A DNA stretch of 64,000 nucleotides from Candidatus Rokuibacteriota bacterium (GTDB lineage: Bacteria > JAUVQV01 > DATDCY01), in contig JANOHV010000118.1 in NCBI GenBank assembly GCA_031406795.1, forward strand, positions 647 to 64,646, in the 5' to 3' direction. Below the pieces are notes generated by a model. It saw nothing but the letters and a program-made list of their open reading frames with translations. It was not told the origin of the DNA and did not search any database. Positions 59,601 through 64,000 of this stretch are shown in pieces. Both the position numbers and the translations under genes were made by a program. How positions within the stretch are numbered: the first letter of the stretch is position 1; each line of letters starts with the position of its first letter.

Positions 59601-59713
59601 GGGAGGTCGAGCTGCCGTTCAGACTCTCCCGCCCGACGCCGCTACGCTTCCGGGTCCATTTCCCCGGCCAACGGCGCCTGGTGCTCGACCGCATCACGAT
59701 CGCCCCCGGCTAA
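56690..59713 (+). CDS. Large (~1000 aa) polytopic membrane protein with C-terminal soluble domain (glycosyltransferase-39/YfhO-like topology, function unknown)
   Basis: ORF 56681 (GTG) or ATG 56690. About 14 hydrophobic helices in the first ~560 aa, then a beta-rich ~440-aa region. It is divergent from the flippase-like gene. Confidence 0.6.
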   Translation: MLTSRLNPTDLREGASGAAGAVGWRELVLVAVALLLLAIAFTWPLARHMNTDVLYTHRAHPGYERVPFAQGDHLQLLYVFWLFGDSVRDGRTPLTDHYEFRDGSPPAFFFQPSLMPLLTFLLSPLGLIASFNLLTLFSFVGAGLATHLLLRLEIEDRWAAFAGALVVALFPYRVAQLAGHAIGFLSFLIPLYLYFFERSLRATRLAGWVCAAGVTFFFAGAMEFHVVYYLTLMLGVYLPFRFLSPLSAWLQVRDPEPTAAPDTVSAGLALLGGAGAGCAVFLAADSMHAFGHAAGWVVSAAAGAVIGLLLWRGLTRTAARYLPAPAEGFARLCALPLAPLALLVLAPLGARLGVPYLGRAVAAVSLIGVAAACLPLLRLLPRARLQPQAAGLFSDRARRFLPHLGFICCTLGYLLVVRKLIFTSSVAGSGRRFSDVTAFSPHPIDLFAIVSTNAERVAYLGVVAALLALVGLVSVRRIADPGRRARLAFFAGTGITGALLAVGPNLDLFPLYHLLFRIVPMFNFPRVSGRILAVACVGLAVLAALGLAALRQRAGRRAGLLTALVLVLLVADYAPKHAPGLTTLPLAHPVYERLSRERQPGETILELPIWPGESSWSSDYLWYVTRYRNLLVNGYSPATPRAYVERVFKPLYPLDFGEMRRPQYDLLKSLGIRFIVFHEEVYPQKISEFPFRVTVENLRASKYLETVAGSAPLWLFRLKPEPPAGDEFTAGAISPVGSLREVERWNAGSGARVEDALASGGAAISYNAGAGGVLGRPTPPRVYPAGSYRVQARFLTDPPAPAPGLTLEVRQADTGQLITTAALPADPGRGGVLDLEAAFTLETLDKIFVQVVTDGSAPVRWDYVLVRFAEAPEPQLSIEIEDLWHMGIPRPGSESSGGEAVELIPGYNPRDYAFSGPDRVLDAGDWVARLRFEAPVAAGSAGGERFEVTISNVERPLAAVLLPASGGVGYREVELPFRLSRPTPLRFRVHFPGQRRLVLDRITIAPG

Positions 59714-59722
59714 CATGGTTAC

Positions 59723-59776
59723 GGCCGCTGAAAAGGGCCTGTCTGCGGCAATAATCCCATTGCTCTGCGCCTGACA
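59723..59776 (+). repeat. Dispersed repeat R3, diverged short copy d
   Basis: GGCCGCTGAAAAGGGCCTGTCTGCGGC...TTGCTCTGCGCCTGACA, directly after the stop at 59713. Confidence 0.6.
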
Positions 59777-59961
59777 CAAGCCCATAACCCTCGACGGTAA
59801 TTCGAGTTTTGTGCTCTCGGCCTCGTCGGGGTCCACGGACATTTTCAGCCAACAAAACGAAGTGTCGTTAACGTACTTGACCCCCGGCATCGTCGTGTTG
59901 TCTACAAGAACTTGCGGGAAAAGATTCACTCGGTATACTTCCCTCGGGGAGGCAAAAGACC

Positions 59962-60177
59962 ATGACGAGAGAATTCGACGTTGTCATCGAGCGAGACAGG
60001 GAAGGTTATTACGTGGCCACCATCCCCACGCTTCCCGGCTGCCATACCCAGGCCAAGACGCTCGACAAGCTCATGGAGCGTATCCGTGAGGCAGCCGAGC
60101 TCTGTCTGGAGGTACAAGGCGACACCACCGAATCGTTGGAGTTCGTAGGCCTACAGAAGATCTCCGTTCCCGCATGA
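59962..60177 (+). CDS. hicB: HicB-family (UPF0150) antitoxin
   Basis: 71 aa, GGGGAGG SD. FDVVIERDREGYYVATIPTLPGCHTQAKTLDKLMERIREA is the HicB N-domain pattern. Confidence 0.8.
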   Translation: MTREFDVVIERDREGYYVATIPTLPGCHTQAKTLDKLMERIREAAELCLEVQGDTTESLEFVGLQKISVPA

Positions 60178-60389
60178 CCACCCGGCCTGGCTTTACCGGC
60201 AAGAGGCTTATCGCGACTCTCGGCGGCAAAGGCTTTGCCGTGGTGCGGGTCAAAGGTAGCCACCACTTTCTTCAGCATCCTGACGGCCGATGCACGGTCG
60301 TGCCCGTACATGCCGGCGAGACGATAGGCCCAGGTTTGCTTGCAAAGATCCTGCGCGACTGCGAGCTGACTTTTGGAGACTTGTCTTAA
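60174..60389 (+). CDS. hicA: HicA-family mRNA interferase toxin
   Basis: 71 aa, 4-nt overlap with hicB. KGSHHFLQHPDGRCTVVPVHAGETIGPGLLAKILRD. Confidence 0.8.
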   Translation: MTTRPGFTGKRLIATLGGKGFAVVRVKGSHHFLQHPDGRCTVVPVHAGETIGPGLLAKILRDCELTFGDLS

Positions 60390-60405
60390 GGCAGCAGGAT
60401 TTGGC

Positions 60406-60591
60406 ATGAACCCTTTCCCGAATAACGCGCAGGCTATCAGGCTCGTTATTGACGAGAATAGTTTCTCCGTCTACCTCGCCGACGGCAGGATTCTCAGCGT
60501 GCCCCTGGCTTTCTTCCCGCGCCTCTTGCACGCCGACCAGGGCCAGCGCGAGCACTACGAACTCAGCGGCGGCGGCACCGGCATCCATTAG
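60406..60591 (+). pseudogene. DUF2442-family protein truncated by TGG-to-TAG
   Basis: ...LSVPLAFFPRLLHADQGQREHYELSGGGTGIH, then TAG, then in frame DDLDAVIGAILDRG. The family consensus, as I recall it, is GIHW-x-LDEDLSV. Confidence 0.55.
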
Positions 60592-60607
60592 GACGACCTG
60601 GACGCTG

Positions 60608-61429
60608 TCATTGGCGCGATTTTGGATCGAGGGAATCGCGCAACGCGTCGCCGACGAGATTGAACGCGAGCACCGTGAGCATGATGAACAGCCCCGGGAA
60701 GAACGCGATGTGCGGCGCATAGAGCAGGTACGCGGCTCCCTGCGCGAGCAGGCCGCCCCAGGTCGGCACGTTCTGCGGCCCGAGTCCGAGAAAGGAGAGG
60801 GACGACTCCGCGATGATCACCCCTGCGGCGCTGAAAGTCGCCTGCACGATGACCGGGGAGAGGGCGTTCGGCAGAATGTGCCGCCCGACGATGCGCCACG
60901 GCCCGGCCCCGACGGCCCGCGCCGCCGTCACGTACTCCCGCTCGCGCAGGCTCAGCAGCTGGGCGCGCATCAGCCGGGCGTACCCGACCCAGCCCATCAT
61001 CGAGAGCGCGATCACCAGGTTTCCCAGGTTTGGCCCGAGCACGCCGGCGAGCGCGATCGCCAGCAGAATGCCGGGGAAGGCGAGGAAGATGTCCACGACC
61101 CGCATGACGACGACGTCGACCGCGCCGCCGAGGTACCCCGCGGCCGCGCCGGCCGCGACGCCGGCGATCACCGTGAGCGTCACGACCGAGATCGCGATCA
61201 GCAGCGAGGCCCGCGTCCCGTAGGCCACCTGCGCGAAGATGTCGCGCCCGAGCCGGTCCTGGCCGAAGGGATGCCCGGCCGTCGGGCCGCGCAGCGCGCC
61301 TTCGAGATCGGTCTGCAGCGGCTTCCCGGTGGTGATCACGGGAGCGAGCAGCGCCAGCGCGAGCATGAGCGCGAGGATCGCCGCGCCGATGACCGCAGTG
61401 ACCGGAAATCTCCCCGTCGGCCGCGTCAC
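60608..61429 (-). CDS. Dpp/Opp-type ABC transporter permease (DppC-like)
   Basis: ORF 60608..61495. I prefer GTG 61429, which forms a GTGA overlap with the upstream stop. It shows the BPD_transp_1 EAA-like segment SLREREYVTAARAVGAGPWRIV. Confidence 0.88.
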   Translation of the reverse strand: MTRPTGRFPVTAVIGAAILALMLALALLAPVITTGKPLQTDLEGALRGPTAGHPFGQDRLGRDIFAQVAYGTRASLLIAISVVTLTVIAGVAAGAAAGYLGGAVDVVVMRVVDIFLAFPGILLAIALAGVLGPNLGNLVIALSMMGWVGYARLMRAQLLSLREREYVTAARAVGAGPWRIVGRHILPNALSPVIVQATFSAAGVIIAESSLSFLGLGPQNVPTWGGLLAQGAAYLLYAPHIAFFPGLFIMLTVLAFNLVGDALRDSLDPKSRQ

Positions 61430-62340
61430 GTTCTGACCCTCGGGTCGATCAGGGCGTACAGCGAGTCGGTCAGAAAATTCACGACCACATAGCACAGCGC
61501 GATCACGAGGACGCAGCCCTGCACGAGCGGGTAATCCCGCGCGGTGATGGCCTGTATCAGCAGCGTGCCGACGCCCGGCCAGGCGAAGACGTTTTCGGTG
61601 ATCACCGCGCCGGAGAGCAGCGCGCCGAACTGCAAGCCGATGATCGTCACCACCGGCAGCAGCGCATTGCGCAGCGCGTGGCGGGCGATCACCGTGACCG
61701 GTCGCACGCCCTTGGCGCGCGCGGTGCGCAGGTAGTCCTCGCCGAGAACATCGAGCATCGAAGCCCGGGTCATGCGCACCAGGATGGCCGAGAGCGCCGT
61801 CCCGAGCGTCAACGCCGGCAAGACCAGGCTTGCGGCGCCCTCGCGTCCGCTGACCGGCAGCCAGCCGAGGCGGAACGAGAAGAGGATGATCAGCATCGGT
61901 CCGAGCCAGAAGTTCGGCATCGAGACGCCGACCAGCGAGCCGAACAGCGCCAGCCGGTCCGGGAGGCGATCGCGGCGAATGGCGGCGAGGATGCCGAGCG
62001 GCAGCGCGACCAGCACGGCGACCGCCATCGCTGCGGCGGCGAGCAGCGCGGTCGCCGGCAGCGCGCCGCCGATCACCGCCAGGACCGGCTTGCGGTAGTA
62101 GAACGAGCGGCCGAGGTCGCCGCGGACGAGCCCGCCCAGGAATCGCGCGTACTGTTCGCTCAGCGGACGGTCGAGGCCGAGGTCGGCGCGCAGCTGCCCG
62201 AGATCGGCGCGCGATGCCGTTTCGCCGAGCATCAACTCCACCGGGTCCCCGGGGATCAGGTGCACGAGGAAGAAGACGAGCGTCAGCACCCCGAGAACGG
62301 TCGGGATGAGCAAGAGCAGGCGGCGGCCCAGACCGGTCAT
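61426..62340 (-). CDS. Dpp/Opp-type ABC transporter permease (DppB-like)
   Basis: 304 aa. Typical N-terminus LLLLIPTVLGVLTLVFFLVHLIPGDPV and EDYLRTARAKGV. Confidence 0.9.
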   Translation of the reverse strand: MTGLGRRLLLLIPTVLGVLTLVFFLVHLIPGDPVELMLGETASRADLGQLRADLGLDRPLSEQYARFLGGLVRGDLGRSFYYRKPVLAVIGGALPATALLAAAAMAVAVLVALPLGILAAIRRDRLPDRLALFGSLVGVSMPNFWLGPMLIILFSFRLGWLPVSGREGAASLVLPALTLGTALSAILVRMTRASMLDVLGEDYLRTARAKGVRPVTVIARHALRNALLPVVTIIGLQFGALLSGAVITENVFAWPGVGTLLIQAITARDYPLVQGCVLVIALCYVVVNFLTDSLYALIDPRVRT

Positions 62341-63863
62341 CGCGCGGCCCGGACCTGCTTCAGGGAGGTGTACTGCCCGCCCGGGTAGGGTTCGAACCCT
62401 TCGAAGCGCCTAGCGAGCGCGAAGATATCGTCGGGGTACCAGAGGCTGACATAGACGCAATCCGCGGCGATCAGCCGCTGGGCGGCGATCAATTGGGCGC
62501 GTCGCGCGACCGGGTCACTCTCGCTGCGGCTGGCGTCGAGCAGCCGGTCGACCTCGGCGTTGGCGTAACGGCCGCGGTTGGCGCCGGCGGGCGGGACCGA
62601 GGCGCTGTGGAAGATGTAGTGCAGCGTGTCCGGGTCGGTGATGCCCACCCAACGCAGCGAATAGAGCTGGAAATTGCCGGCCTTGATGTCGCCGTAGAAC
62701 GTCCCCCACTCGAACGAGCGACGCTCAACGCGGATGCCGACGGCGGCGAGGTCCTCGCTGACGAGATCCGCCATCTCGATCCCCTGACGGTCGGTGGAGG
62801 TTTTGTAGGAGAGCGCGAAGCGGCTGCCGTCGGGGCGCACCGGGTATCCGGCCTGGTCGAGCAGGCGCCGGGCCAGGGCGGGGTCGTGCGGGTACGAGGC
62901 GACCTCCCCGGCGTGCGCCCAGTTCTCCGGCGCCAGCAGCGTGGCGGCCGGCCGCGCGAGGCCGAGGAACAGCGCCTTGATGATGCGGTCGCGATCGACG
63001 GCGTGGGCGATCGCCCGCCGCACGAGCGGCTCTTTCAGGGTCGCGTCCTGCAGGTTAAAGCCCAGGTACTGATAGGTGATGCCCGGGCGCGTCGTGACGG
63101 CGAGCTGGGGCGCCTCGCGCAGGAACGGTGCGGCGTAGGGCGGGATGTTGTTCCAGAGCAGATCGATGCGGCCGCGCCGGGTCTCCAGCAGGCGCGTGGT
63201 CTCGTTCGCGACGATGCGGAAGACGACGCGGTCGAGGTGCGGCCGGCCTTCCCAGGCGTCGTCGAAGGCGAGCAGGACCAGCCGCTCGCCGGGCCGCCAC
63301 TCTCCCCAGCGAAAGGGGCCGCTGCCGACGGGCGCGTCGACGAAGTCCTGGGCCTCCCCCCGATGCGCCGGGACGATCCCGAGCGTCAGATTCTGCAGAA
63401 ACGACGCGAACGGCTCCTTGAGCACGAAGCGCACGGTCTGGGCGTCGGGGGTCTCGATGGCCGCGACGACCGCGAGCGCCCCCTGGTTGGGCGAGTGGTT
63501 CCCCGGCTCGCGCATCCAGTCGTAGCTGTAGCGCACGTCGGCGGAGGTGAGCTCGCGGCCGTCATGAAAACGCACGCCCCGCCGCAGATGAAAGACGTAG
63601 GTGGTCGGCGACGGGGTCTCCCAGGAGAGGGCCAACTCGGGGGTCGGCTCGCCGGCGGGGTCGAGGCGCAGCAGCGAGTTGAAGAGCAGCGGGAGAATGC
63701 GCACCGCCGCGGCGCCGGTCGCGAGACGGGGGTCGAGGTTCGTGGGGTTCGCTTCGAGCCCGACCACGAGCGTTCCGGGGTCGGCGGGCTTGTCGCCTGA
63801 GCAGGCGGCTCCCAACAGCGTGCAGACCGCAACGCTCAGCAAGAGAAGTCGTGGCAGCCGCAT
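62337..63863 (-). CDS. ABC transporter substrate-binding protein, family 5 (peptide/nickel type)
   Basis: 508 aa, lipoprotein-like signal LLGAACSG. LVVGLEANPTNLDP...FHDGRELTSADV is the SBP_bac_5 pattern. Confidence 0.9.
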   Translation of the reverse strand: MRLPRLLLLSVAVCTLLGAACSGDKPADPGTLVVGLEANPTNLDPRLATGAAAVRILPLLFNSLLRLDPAGEPTPELALSWETPSPTTYVFHLRRGVRFHDGRELTSADVRYSYDWMREPGNHSPNQGALAVVAAIETPDAQTVRFVLKEPFASFLQNLTLGIVPAHRGEAQDFVDAPVGSGPFRWGEWRPGERLVLLAFDDAWEGRPHLDRVVFRIVANETTRLLETRRGRIDLLWNNIPPYAAPFLREAPQLAVTTRPGITYQYLGFNLQDATLKEPLVRRAIAHAVDRDRIIKALFLGLARPAATLLAPENWAHAGEVASYPHDPALARRLLDQAGYPVRPDGSRFALSYKTSTDRQGIEMADLVSEDLAAVGIRVERRSFEWGTFYGDIKAGNFQLYSLRWVGITDPDTLHYIFHSASVPPAGANRGRYANAEVDRLLDASRSESDPVARRAQLIAAQRLIAADCVYVSLWYPDDIFALARRFEGFEPYPGGQYTSLKQVRAAR

Positions 63864-63896
63864 GGCGAGGGATTCTACCAGAGCTGCGGGAACGTC

Positions 63897-64000
63897 AGTC
63901 GATTTCCCCCGGCCGCGAGCGCTGGCGCTTCGTGGCGCTTCGCCCGCGCTTCTCGTCGAGACGCCGCTCCTTTGCGCCCCGCGTCGGCTTCGTCGGGCGG
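63897..64000 (-). CDS. 3' end of an unidentified gene (basic C-terminal tail), partial
   Basis: The minus-strand frame ...RPTKPTRGAKERRLDEKRGRSATKRQRSRPGEID ends at TGA (63897-99). Too short to identify. Confidence 0.3.

Noticed and set aside
62389-62399. GGTTCGAACCC, a T-loop-like motif.
   Set aside because: It lies inside the well-supported SBP coding frame, and no cloverleaf can be drawn around it.

Overview
This is a high-GC, gene-dense bacterial chromosome segment. It looks Gram-negative (TolC, MacAB-type efflux) and carries three NtrC-type sigma-54 activators; a deltaproteobacteria-like anaerobe is my guess only. All calls rest on the supplied ORF track, my own translation and motif recognition from memory, with no database searches. 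I found no rRNA, tRNA, CRISPR array, transposase or integrase.

Content, left to right:
- A GntR-CBS-HK-REC-degenerate HK-REC-TauE operon (1-4790, minus strand).
- A PEP-dikinase-like gene and a DUF1847 gene.
- A PAS hybrid kinase.
- A sigma-54-driven USP/TauE cluster (11358-14479).
- A Lon-like protease that lacks the N-terminal LAN domain and has a receiver (REC) domain inserted before its AAA+ module. It is co-operonic with a kinase and a sigma-54 activator (14686-19645).
- A sigma-54 promoter with tandem upstream palindromes, driving a Cys/Gly-rich secreted peptide and an OB-fold-like periplasmic protein. A convergent paralogue sits behind a second HK/sigma-54 RR pair.
- A decayed defence and toxin-antitoxin island (24585-29280): ParDE-like, disrupted hsdM, PIN/UPF0175, hsdS, HEPN, RhuM and hsdR remnants, and an orphan MNT.
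- An ECF sigma / anti-sigma / CpxP-like / TolC / MFP / MacB efflux operon.
- A second sigma-54-driven USP/TauE cluster (37200-40808), preceded by ftsH and a third HK/sigma-54 RR pair.
- SulP.
- A DUF294-exonuclease-HK-RR-crotonase operon.
- Tandem ComFB, then a flippase-like gene with a 1000-aa membrane protein.
- HicBA and a Dpp/Opp-type ABC importer.

Main candidates for new biology:
1. The REC-inserted Lon.
2. The twice-repeated module of AAA+ protease + HK + sigma-54 RR + sigma-54 promoter + AFAE-motif protein + TauE + USPs.
3. The shared AFAE(E/G)x(E/D) helix motif.
4. Several dispersed repeat families that sit at operon junctions and supply C-termini, stop codons or a start codon to genes.
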